NCBI GenBank assembly: GCA_016840405.1
Contig: JAEOSK010000001.1
Span: forward strand, 40,952-104,951
Origin: Candidatus Hermodarchaeum yapensis
Lineage (GTDB): Archaea; Asgardarchaeota; Hermodarchaeia; Hermodarchaeales; Hermodarchaeaceae
Length of the DNA: 64,000 nucleotides
Direction of reading: 5' to 3'
Shown: one piece after another, positions 8,548 through 17,049 of the stretch
Numbering within the stretch: position 1 is the first letter of the stretch
Layout: each line of letters starts with the position of its first letter
Translations under genes and position numbers: made by a program
The notes under the pieces: model-generated
Seen by the model: the letters and a program-made list of their open reading frames with translations, nothing else
The model's database searches: none
Told to the model about the DNA's origin: nothing

Positions 8548-9600
8548 TCTTCACAGCCTCGCTTCACAAAACAGAACCACCTACTAAAAAAACTACCTCA
8601 AGAGAATCCTAATCACCACCCCGCCCAAGCAGCTTGCACGAAAAGCTTATCAACGCTCTTCCATAGTCAAGAATGCAACGCTAAAATCTTATGCTGTGGT
8701 GAGCGGGCAATTATCCATAATGCAATTCTTTTCAACATCAGCCCCCGCAAAGACGAAGTCGGGCTCCAAGCCAACGTCATCTTCCACAAACAATACTGGC
8801 GCGTCCCCCTCAGCGACAACATGATCGGCGAATTCTTACGCGCCTACAAAGAATTCATGAGCCACGTCCAAAGCACCGACCTCCCCGCCCTCCCAATCCA
8901 CATCCAAGGCACCAAATTCATCTTCACCAACATCGAAGACCTCCTCCTCGTCTTCATCAGCCACATGCAAGACGACGACAGCCGCGTCAACGAAAAAGTC
9001 AAAACCGCCCTCCGCATGCTCGTCGGCAAATACGGCACCGAACACATCAAAGACATCGCCACCAACAACAACACCCAACCCATCGAAGACCTCATCGACA
9101 ACTACATCATGAGCAAACTCAAAGTCAGCCTCGTCGGCGAAGGCGGCGTCGGCAAAACCACCCTCCTCCGCCTCCTCAAAGGCACCGCCCCACCCACCGA
9201 ATACGTCCCCACCATCGCCCTCAGCATCGAACAAATCGAAGCCACCCGCTACGGCACCTACCAAATCATCCTTTGGGACTTCGCCGGCCAAGAACGCTTC
9301 CGCCGCCTCTGGACCATCTACTTCCGCGGCTCAGATATTGTATTTATTATTACGGACTCCACCCTCAACAACGTCATCGCCACCAAAGAAATCCTCGACG
9401 TCATCCGCAAAGACGCCCCCGGCGTCCCCGTCTGGGCCATCGCCAACAAACAAGACCTCGAAGGCGCCCTCTCCCCCGAACTCGTAGAACGAATTTTAGG
9501 TATTCCAGCATTTGGTATGGTCGCCATCGACCAAGCCCGCAAAGAAGAGATGCTCCAAATTTTGCTGGATGCAGTCGATCGCTACATCGGGACGGAGTAA
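8527..9600 (+). CDS. small Ras/Arf-like GTPase fused to N-terminal longin/roadblock-like domain; first ~60 aa low-complexity, true start uncertain
   Basis: G1 GEGGVGKTT, G3 WDFAGQERF, G4 ANKQDL; N-domain aligns with paralog at 32828; extreme C-ending codon usage. Confidence 0.75.
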   Translation: MHANHSQSSQPRFTKQNHLLKKLPQENPNHHPAQAACTKSLSTLFHSQECNAKILCCGERAIIHNAILFNISPRKDEVGLQANVIFHKQYWRVPLSDNMIGEFLRAYKEFMSHVQSTDLPALPIHIQGTKFIFTNIEDLLLVFISHMQDDDSRVNEKVKTALRMLVGKYGTEHIKDIATNNNTQPIEDLIDNYIMSKLKVSLVGEGGVGKTTLLRLLKGTAPPTEYVPTIALSIEQIEATRYGTYQIILWDFAGQERFRRLWTIYFRGSDIVFIITDSTLNNVIATKEILDVIRKDAPGVPVWAIANKQDLEGALSPELVERILGIPAFGMVAIDQARKEEMLQILLDAVDRYIGTE

Positions 9601-9845
9601 AGAGCTACTACTTTTTTAATTATATTACTCAGTTGATCCACGAATTTCATCCAAATATTCCGATAAGAATTCAATTCGCATATCTTGATGGTTGCTGATG
9701 TCCTCCCAATAACCATTCGTGGACATTACCAAGCCGCTCTGAGTGAGTTTGGCGATTCTGGATGCAATAAATGTTACCGAAAAAACTGCATCATCAGAGG
9801 TGTGTATAAGTGTCAAATTTTTTCTGTTAGATACGGCCAGGTATC

Positions 9846-10412
9846 ATGACTTCTGCAGGAATTTTGATTTCTGGGGCGGTCCACATGCGGAGTCGGACGC
9901 CGATGATGAATTGTAAAATGATGGAGATGAGGGAAAGTAAGAAAATGAGGATGACCAGGATGAGGGCAAAGTTGAAGATCATATTAACGATTGCGAGACC
10001 GACGAGAAAGGTGCCGCTCTTCACAGTTTTACTGCTGTTCGTACCGCATGAATTCTCACTTAGTTATGTTGGAGGATGGATTGCGGTGCAATTCCTCTTT
10101 GTGCTCGTTTTGGCTATTCTTGGTGGGTGGCAGATTGCGCTTGGCGCTTCGGTCCTGCTCCTTTTGAAGTTGTTACTTCCAGTCACACTGTTAGTGTTAT
10201 TCCTTCCCTTACCGAATCCTTTGACTGTTGTATTCCTCTTTATGTCTGGTGTCATCGTTGGCATAATTATTCTCAGCAGTCTTAGCTGGAAATTGGCGTA
10301 CCGCTTCTGCGATTCGCACCTCATTCAAGGTGGCGCGGTCATAGGGATTATGGGGGGTACGATTTGGCTAATCGTTCTCGTTATCCTGTGGTTCTACATG
10401 AATACGCTCTAG
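9846..10412 (+). CDS. hypothetical polytopic membrane protein
   Basis: 4-5 hydrophobic helices. Confidence 0.45.
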   Translation: MTSAGILISGAVHMRSRTPMMNCKMMEMRESKKMRMTRMRAKLKIILTIARPTRKVPLFTVLLLFVPHEFSLSYVGGWIAVQFLFVLVLAILGGWQIALGASVLLLLKLLLPVTLLVLFLPLPNPLTVVFLFMSGVIVGIIILSSLSWKLAYRFCDSHLIQGGAVIGIMGGTIWLIVLVILWFYMNTL

Positions 10413-10421
10413 CCTAGTTAA

Positions 10422-10817
10422 CTATAAGTCGCCTTTAGTCGGTTCTTCAACAATGAGACCCGCGATGAGGGCGAGGAGACCAGGGAGAGAACCCAGGAAT
10501 ATGAGTCCGAGGATGCCGATGACGATGAGACCTGTCTTGTGAAGGTCTGGGGTGTGTCGCCAGCGTAAAGTGTAAATGGCGACGATAAGAGTGGGGATGC
10601 TACTGATGAGTGCGATTATGGGAATGAATAGGATAAGCCAATCAAAGATGGTGGTCAACATTGCTAGTGTTGCTGGATCAATTAAGGGGGCTAGGCTTGC
10701 CAGAAAGGTGGGTAAGAAGTACCATGCCCAGACAGCCACAACAATTTTGTTAACAAATTCGACAATAAATAAAATGCCAGCAACTAAAGTTAAAGTTCGA
10801 GCTGTTTTTGTGCTCAT
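10422..10817 (-). CDS. hypothetical membrane protein (4 TM)
   Basis: hydrophobic helices, convergent with previous. Confidence 0.5.
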   Translation of the reverse strand: MSTKTARTLTLVAGILFIVEFVNKIVVAVWAWYFLPTFLASLAPLIDPATLAMLTTIFDWLILFIPIIALISSIPTLIVAIYTLRWRHTPDLHKTGLIVIGILGLIFLGSLPGLLALIAGLIVEEPTKGDL

Positions 10818-10957
10818 TTTGTATGATTCACCTTTTCAGAATCTAGAGGCTGTAGTGTTGCCTGAGTGAGCTTATCGTTTCGGTGCTAAAAAGTTATACA
10901 ATTTTTATTCATAAGAATTGATGAAGGTATAATTAAAATTCAACGAGGTTTTGACAA

Positions 10958-11422
10958 ATGGATCGAAAGTATGTGTCTTATTGTGGAAATTATTATTGTG
11001 CCCTATGCGCCTATCATACTGGCAAATTAGTGGATGCGGCCTCGCGTTTACTTGAAATTGTGAAGCACTATGAATCGCTCAGGCTTATCGCTGAAAGCGA
11101 TGAGAGTGTGGATTTTGACGCATTTAATAAGGGTTTGGAGTGGTTAGCGTCGAAGGATCAAGCCTGTAAAGGTTGTCGGCTGGGGGGTGGTTGGTCCTGG
11201 TGGTCAGACTGTCCCGTTCGGACATGTTGTGTGGATAAGGGCGTCGAGTTCTGCTACCAGTGCACAGAATTTCCCTGTAAAACACTCACAGAGGGTCCAC
11301 TACAGGGTTATTTACAACGATTCATTGATGCGAATCAACATATTCAACAAATTGGTTTAGAACAATGGATAAAGAAACGGTATGGCCAGGAGCTGAGTAA
11401 CTCGACTCGTAGTAAGCTGTAA
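10958..11422 (+). CDS. Cys-rich putative metal-binding protein (DUF3795-like)
   Basis: CGNYYCALC...CKGC...CPVRTCC...CYQCTEFPC cysteine pattern. Confidence 0.5.
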   Translation: MDRKYVSYCGNYYCALCAYHTGKLVDAASRLLEIVKHYESLRLIAESDESVDFDAFNKGLEWLASKDQACKGCRLGGGWSWWSDCPVRTCCVDKGVEFCYQCTEFPCKTLTEGPLQGYLQRFIDANQHIQQIGLEQWIKKRYGQELSNSTRSKL

Positions 11423-11458
11423 GGAGTCGAGAATGAATGCACTGCCAATATAGTATTA

Positions 11459-13099
11459 TCATACAGTGTTTAGAATTGGAGTAAAGCGAATTTTTAGTTG
11501 CTTCCGCTCTTTTTTCAATATGACAGTTTTCCGCCAATTGGTATCATCACTTAATGGGTAATCAAGTCTAAAATGCGATCCTCGACTTTCTCTCCGTGCT
11601 AACACTGCTTCGAAAACCAGCTTGGCTAAAATCAGCATTGATCGCATTTCAAATGCTAGTACTAGTTGAGTGGGGGTTTGAGCTTGTATTTGTGGCAGTA
11701 TAGTTCCTTTGATTTGGTCTAATCGTTCGAGACCCAGCTGAAGCCCTTGTTGATTCCGAACAGGTCGACAGAACTTGGAGAGCGTGGCCTGAACCACGGA
11801 TTTCAAATACGTTGGGGATTGTACTTGACGCTTGGTTTTTTGTAATCCATAAATGAAGTCTTTCACATTTTGTGTGCTGGTTTGATCGATTTTGATGAAG
11901 GTGTGCTGTTGGGCATAGTGACTTGCTTGTTGCCCTGCCTGTTTACCGAAGACTATAATCTCGGTGAGTGCGTTTCCACCTAATCGGTTCGCTCCATGAA
12001 CACCGCCAGTGACTTCGCCTGCAGCAAATAAGCCGTTGATGGAGGTGGCACAAGCTGTATCGATTCGTAGCCCACCCATTGTATAATGGGCGGTTGAGGC
12101 AATGCGAAGTCGTTTTCTTGTTAGAATATCTATCAATGGATGAAGTGTGTTCTTCTGGATTTCGTGTTCGTAGATGTCTTCAAAATCGGCTTGTGAGAGG
12201 GTTGTTAGGTCAAGAAGAGCGTAATCCACGTTGGACTCTTCTTTGATGAGTTCCTGTTCCATGGCGACAATTAGATTGTCACGCAGAATGGGGGTCGTCA
12301 GTAAACCGTATATGGCTAGAATAGGTTTCCCTTGAGAATTGAGTACTGGCCCCTCAGAAACGAGATGTTTTGTGGCTTCAATTAGCCAATCCAAGATGAA
12401 TATGCGAGGGATGCCTGGATCAATAAACATTGGAAGAAACTGTATAAATTCTAAATCTTGGACTTCTGCTCCACTCTCATAGGCTAACACAAGGCCATCC
12501 CCGGTGATTCGGGGTGGATTATCATTTCGGGAAAACAGGTGTGAATAGCCTCCTGTGGCCAAAATGGTTGCTTTAGCTGAGATAATAAGAAGTTCTCCTG
12601 TTACCATATCAAGGGCAATAATTCCAAGGCACCGGTTGTCTTGAACAATTAATTCAAGTGCCATGGTACGCTCAAGAAGCTTTACTCCGGCATCCACCGC
12701 AAAGTTGGCCAAGGCTTGTGTTAGGTAAATGCCTGCAGGTGGCTTTTTGGCAACTGTTGTTCTACTTTGTCCGAATAATAGGGGCACTTTGAAGGATTGC
12801 AGTTCTTGAAGCGCGGAATGCGATTCTGAAACCAATAGATGAACCAGTTGGGAGTTGTTAAGAAATTGCCCTGATTCCAATGTAGCTTGGAAATGTTGGC
12901 GTTTTGTATCAGCATCATGTGCTGTACGGAAGGTTCCCACTGCCATGGCAGTACAGTTTGCTCGACCAACCAAGCTTTTAGTAATAAGCAGAATCGTGGC
13001 ATTTTGTCTACGTGCTTCAATTGCGGCGCGTAATCCTGCTCCACCAGAACCAATAATCAAGACATCCGCGGAATACTCCTTCACACTACCCTCTTCCAA
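11459..13099 (-). CDS. FAD-dependent flavoprotein of the fumarate reductase/succinate dehydrogenase/L-aspartate oxidase family
   Basis: N-term VLIIGSGGAGLRAA dinucleotide fold, HYTMGGL, C-term RESRGSHFRLDYP; no adjacent Fe-S subunit. Confidence 0.65.
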   Translation of the reverse strand: MEEGSVKEYSADVLIIGSGGAGLRAAIEARRQNATILLITKSLVGRANCTAMAVGTFRTAHDADTKRQHFQATLESGQFLNNSQLVHLLVSESHSALQELQSFKVPLLFGQSRTTVAKKPPAGIYLTQALANFAVDAGVKLLERTMALELIVQDNRCLGIIALDMVTGELLIISAKATILATGGYSHLFSRNDNPPRITGDGLVLAYESGAEVQDLEFIQFLPMFIDPGIPRIFILDWLIEATKHLVSEGPVLNSQGKPILAIYGLLTTPILRDNLIVAMEQELIKEESNVDYALLDLTTLSQADFEDIYEHEIQKNTLHPLIDILTRKRLRIASTAHYTMGGLRIDTACATSINGLFAAGEVTGGVHGANRLGGNALTEIIVFGKQAGQQASHYAQQHTFIKIDQTSTQNVKDFIYGLQKTKRQVQSPTYLKSVVQATLSKFCRPVRNQQGLQLGLERLDQIKGTILPQIQAQTPTQLVLAFEMRSMLILAKLVFEAVLARRESRGSHFRLDYPLSDDTNWRKTVILKKERKQLKIRFTPILNTV

Positions 13100-13195
13100 G
13101 CGACCGATTATGTTAATCTCAGTATTAAAGCTCTAAAGCTTTCAGAATCTCTTCTGTTCCTTTTCTTTCCATAAATAATCCATTGGGGTGAAAAT

Positions 13196-13816
13196 TCACT
13201 TTTTTAATTTAACTTGATTTTTTAACGTTTCAAGGTCAGTGGCAGATGTATAAATAATTGGTTTAAAACCAAGATGTTGCCAGAAGGCTTCAGCTTCTTT
13301 GTTCCCGAGAACATACCGTAGGCTGATATGACTAACATTTTCTACTTCAAAGTACTTGCAGAGTTTGTGTATCAGCTGAGTGCCTATTCCATGTCGTCTA
13401 TAGTTTTCCAATACAAAGATCATGCCGATTATCCCCGCTTCATTAGGTTCGTATTCAATTCGTTTAAGGATCTGTCCATAGGCAAAGCCCACGATGTTAT
13501 TATCCTGTTCGGCAACCAGAACAAGACTCGTGTCGTTGGTGAGCAAGTGGCTGACATCGTGGACCAATTTCTGCCGCCCAGCCTTGGTGATTCGCCATAT
13601 AAGTGGATTAGACTGCTCTACGTGCTGTTGTAATTTTATTCGTAAATTCAAAATTTTCTCCTGATCAGCAGTTGTCGCTCTTCGAACAAGCATTCCAAAT
13701 TCTCTCCTTATTTGTCCAAACCCTTGTTGTATACATCGGTTGGTGTGGACTCTCATTTCTGTTTCTTTGGGGTGGGATTCTGCCTTTCGCACCTTCAACG
13801 TGAATCTTCTTTTCAT
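13196..13816 (-). CDS. GNAT family N-acetyltransferase
   Basis: RRHGIGTQLI acetyl-CoA binding motif. Confidence 0.7.
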   Translation of the reverse strand: MKRRFTLKVRKAESHPKETEMRVHTNRCIQQGFGQIRREFGMLVRRATTADQEKILNLRIKLQQHVEQSNPLIWRITKAGRQKLVHDVSHLLTNDTSLVLVAEQDNNIVGFAYGQILKRIEYEPNEAGIIGMIFVLENYRRHGIGTQLIHKLCKYFEVENVSHISLRYVLGNKEAEAFWQHLGFKPIIYTSATDLETLKNQVKLKK

Positions 13817-15297
13817 ACATCTTCTATCCCCTCAATTCGCGCTAGAGTCCATCTTCCCTTATCTGTCAGATCATAATATTGTCTTTTGGATTTTCGATAG
13901 GTTTGAACGGAGCGTGTTCGTGTGATAAGACCAGTGCGTATCAGCTCGTTAAGGTGTTGATACACACTTGATACTGAAACCTTGACGCCTGTTTCTGCAA
14001 TTAGTGTCTTCCAAATAGCATAGCCATATGATTCATTTCTTTGGAGAATCTTAAGGATGTGGAGTTTAGTTCCGCCCAATTTTGTTGTATACTTTCGTTT
14101 CTCAACGCGACCAAGAAGATGTTCTATATTGGTATGGCCTTTTGCAATGGTTTGAGCAATTTCTGGGTATTTTAATCCCATCCCAGTAATTACACAGATG
14201 ATTTTATCTCCTGTGTCAATTGAACCTTCTCGAAGTATTTGATGTAAAGCTGCAATAGTTGCAGCTGATGCGGGTTCAGCAAAAACACCTTCTAAACTAG
14301 CTAATGAACTGACGGCATCCAAAATTGCACTATCTGAAACTGAAACAGTAAAGCCCTCCGATTCACGAATTGCATCTAAAGCAAGTTTTCCACAAGACGG
14401 GTTTTTCATTCCAATATCTATAGCTATCGTCGATGCCTTGGTTGATGGTTCAACGGATTTACTGCCCTTTTGAAAGGCAGTAACAATGGGGGCACATCCT
14501 TTTGCTTGTACGCCGATGAGTTTTGGTGGTTCCTTTTCCATCCATCCGAGCAATTGTAATTCTTTGATTGCTTTCCAAATCATTGAAAGATGACCACCAT
14601 TTCCCATGGGCACAAGAATCCAGTCTGGGGGAATCCAATCGAGTTGTTCACAAATCTCATAGCCTGTGGTTTTCACACCCTCAAGAAAGTAAGGGCTATG
14701 ACCAATTATTGTGTGTGCATTCGGGGCTCTTTCTATCGTTCGTGCTTCTCCCTCCTCGCGGTCTTTCACTATTTCTAATTCTGGTTGATAAGCGATTATT
14801 TGGTAGAGTTTGCCAATGTCGACTCTTTGTGGCACAAACACATGACTTTTCATTCCTGCTCTAGCAGCATAAGCAACTACCGAGGCTGCAAGGTTGCCTG
14901 ATGAGCCACATGAAACGGCTTTGAAACCAAGTTCTTTTGCTTTTGATATTTCAACACTTGTTCCGCGATCAATGAAAGCCCCTGTAGGATTGGTGGTTTC
15001 ATCCTTTAGGTAGAGCTGTCGTAAACCCAGTTTTTGGGCGAGGCGGTCGCATTCATGCAGAAATGTTCCTCCCTCTCCTAGAGAAACAATGTTCCGCCGA
15101 TCCTGTACTGGAAGCAGTTCAAAATACTTCCAAACACCTGGTTCTCTGTCAGCTAATGATGAAACATCAATCTGATTATGGATTGCTTCAAGATCATAAA
15201 CAACCTCGAACAAACCACCACATTGAGGGCACCCATGTATTGGAGGCGACGGGCGTTCCGTTTCGTAGGCGCATTCTGAACATCGGAGCTTTGACAT
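13813..15297 (-). CDS. Threonine-synthase-like PLP-fold domain (N-terminal Zn ribbon) lacking the PLP-lysine, fused to C-terminal PadR-type winged-helix DNA-binding domain
   Basis: CSEC...CPQCGG ribbon; YLKDETTNPTGAFIDRG where canonical SFKDRG lysine is Ile (codon ATT at 14971-14973 on minus strand); C-term LHILKILQRNESYGYAIWK...VYQHLNELIRTGLI = PadR HTH. Confidence 0.75.
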   Translation of the reverse strand: MSKLRCSECAYETERPSPPIHGCPQCGGLFEVVYDLEAIHNQIDVSSLADREPGVWKYFELLPVQDRRNIVSLGEGGTFLHECDRLAQKLGLRQLYLKDETTNPTGAFIDRGTSVEISKAKELGFKAVSCGSSGNLAASVVAYAARAGMKSHVFVPQRVDIGKLYQIIAYQPELEIVKDREEGEARTIERAPNAHTIIGHSPYFLEGVKTTGYEICEQLDWIPPDWILVPMGNGGHLSMIWKAIKELQLLGWMEKEPPKLIGVQAKGCAPIVTAFQKGSKSVEPSTKASTIAIDIGMKNPSCGKLALDAIRESEGFTVSVSDSAILDAVSSLASLEGVFAEPASAATIAALHQILREGSIDTGDKIICVITGMGLKYPEIAQTIAKGHTNIEHLLGRVEKRKYTTKLGGTKLHILKILQRNESYGYAIWKTLIAETGVKVSVSSVYQHLNELIRTGLITRTRSVQTYRKSKRQYYDLTDKGRWTLARIEGIEDV

Positions 15298-15324
15298 TGC
15301 AACTAATATTCTATTTGTTGCCTA

Positions 15325-15346
15325 TATATAAGTAATTACTTATATA
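15325..15346. promoter_or_regulatory. perfect 22-bp palindrome TATATAAGTAATTACTTATATA in divergent promoter region; candidate PadR operator and/or bidirectional TATA elements
   Basis: read directly; lies between starts at 15297 (-) and 15386 (+). Confidence 0.4.
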
Positions 15347-15385
15347 ATCCCTTTTTCTTTCTCAATTTTGAAGAGGTGGTCTTAA

Positions 15386-16018
15386 TTGACTGCGATACAT
15401 CTCAATTCATTATTCAATAAAAAAATCAAACTTCAACAAACCAGGGTTTTTTCTTCGACTTCGATTTTTGGTGTTAACAATCCTGTTTTTTCTCGTCCAT
15501 CCGTGTTTTTAGCACTCACTGCAATTTTCACAGCTCTGACGACGGTTACGACGCTTCTGATAGTTATCCCTTTCCCTGCAACCTCTGGGTACTTCAATCT
15601 AGGTGATTCAATGGTAATGATTAGTGGACTACTTTTGGGTCCACTGGGAGGGTTCATTGCAGGTGGAATGGGGTCCGCTCTTGCTGATATGGTTGGATAT
15701 CCTCATTTTGCTCCAATTACGTTCCTTGTCAAAGGATGTGAAGGATTGGTTGTGGGCCTCGTTACCCAGCAAAATCAAACTTCGTCTCGAATTTATTTCA
15801 GGGATATTCTCGGGTTACTTTTGGGTGCCTTCATCATGTTACTTGGGTATTTCATTGCAGAAGCTCTCCTTTTTGGTTTGGAGGCTGCCCTTCTGGAATT
15901 AGTCTGGGTCAACTCGATACAAATTACATTTGGAATTATTGTCGCCCTTCTTATTGGGTCTGTCACACGGAGATATGTGGCTTCAAATCTGATTTCTCAA
16001 CTGGATAGGGTAAAATAA
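15386..16018 (+). CDS. ECF-transporter S-component-like small membrane protein (true start probably internal)
   Basis: 6 TM, NLGDSMVMISGLLLGPLGGFIAGGMGSALAD motif typical of S components; stop overlaps rSAM start (TAATG). Confidence 0.45.
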   Translation: MTAIHLNSLFNKKIKLQQTRVFSSTSIFGVNNPVFSRPSVFLALTAIFTALTTVTTLLIVIPFPATSGYFNLGDSMVMISGLLLGPLGGFIAGGMGSALADMVGYPHFAPITFLVKGCEGLVVGLVTQQNQTSSRIYFRDILGLLLGAFIMLLGYFIAEALLFGLEAALLELVWVNSIQITFGIIVALLIGSVTRRYVASNLISQLDRVK

Positions 16019-17037
16019 TGCAGATCACCAGCGTAGATTTTCTAATCACTTTTCGATGCAATGCAAGTTGTAAGCATTGTGGTTACAGAGCAGGACCTTC
16101 CAATCACGGTTATATGAAAGTCGATGACGCAAAAAAGTGGTTATCTACACTAGCTTCAGCTCACCCACTTCAATCAATTACTATTCACGGAGGAGAACCG
16201 CTCCTCTTTTTTCCAAATTATTGTTTAGAGAGGATACTTCGATATGCCACAGAGTTGAACATTCCTAAACGAGGGATTATTACTAATGGATTTTGGGCAA
16301 CAGACAAGGAAACTGCCCGGCGAAAGCTTACGAAACTTAAATCCTGTGGGCTTACGAATATCACATTTAGTGTAGATGGATTTCATCAAGAACACATTCC
16401 AATCGAAACTGTTCGAATTTGTATAGAAGAAGCAGTTGCCTTGGGCTTTACAAAAGTTGGAATACTAAGCCATTATCTTATTTCCCCCAAGGCGGAGAAT
16501 ATCTATAACAAATTAACAAATCAGGCATTAGCCAAAATTGAAGATATTGATGGAATTCAAATTGCACGGTATAAAACTAGCCTATACGGACGAGCTGCAG
16601 AGACATTAGCTGAATTTATGGAAAAAGATTCAAAACTGCCTTCAGGGCCTTGTCGGCTTTCTTATTGGCTTGGTAGTGAAATTCAAAATCCTAAAGCCAT
16701 CGAAATTGACTTTGATGGGCATGTTACGTTATGTCCGGGTATTTGCATTGGGAATCTAAAAACTCAACCACTAACCGACGTATTAAGAGACTATGTTCCT
16801 CACAAGCATCCGATTCTGAGTATTCTCGCTCGTGATGGACCTATGGGGTTAGCCAAAGTAGTTGATGATTTAAAAATTTACTATGATCACCGGTTTGTCG
16901 ATGAATGCCATTTGTGCTATGAAATGCGGCGGCTTCTCCAAAGACACTTTCCACTACGCCTTGCCCCCTCCTCTTGCTATTTACCCGCAACTTCGAGACA
17001 GACTATGCCAATTCCATTTCTTTCAAGATGTTTATGA
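16018..17037 (+). CDS. radical SAM enzyme with C-terminal SPASM-like Cys-rich domain
   Basis: CNASCKHCGY (CxxxCxxC), later CRLSY...CPGICIGN...CHLCYE. Confidence 0.7.
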   Translation: MQITSVDFLITFRCNASCKHCGYRAGPSNHGYMKVDDAKKWLSTLASAHPLQSITIHGGEPLLFFPNYCLERILRYATELNIPKRGIITNGFWATDKETARRKLTKLKSCGLTNITFSVDGFHQEHIPIETVRICIEEAVALGFTKVGILSHYLISPKAENIYNKLTNQALAKIEDIDGIQIARYKTSLYGRAAETLAEFMEKDSKLPSGPCRLSYWLGSEIQNPKAIEIDFDGHVTLCPGICIGNLKTQPLTDVLRDYVPHKHPILSILARDGPMGLAKVVDDLKIYYDHRFVDECHLCYEMRRLLQRHFPLRLAPSSCYLPATSRQTMPIPFLSRCL

Positions 17038-17049
17038 CCAGAGTGGTGT

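Noticed and set aside
8319-8612. Pro/Thr/Ser-rich 97-aa ORF spanning the two divergent gene starts
   Set aside because: It is out of frame with both real genes, has low complexity and no start context.
7318-9600. Interpreting the C-rich plus strand here as replication-associated strand skew
   Set aside because: At the second locus the NNC-biased and NNG-biased genes lie on the same strand, so the bias is gene-specific and not a strand property.
8836-9698. Antisense ORF 8836-9291 (Gly/Asp/Val-rich) and Arg/Pro-rich ORF 9273-9698 overlapping the longin-GTPase gene
   Set aside because: They are artefacts of the extreme NNC codon periodicity of the genuine GTPase frame. Their translations are low-complexity.
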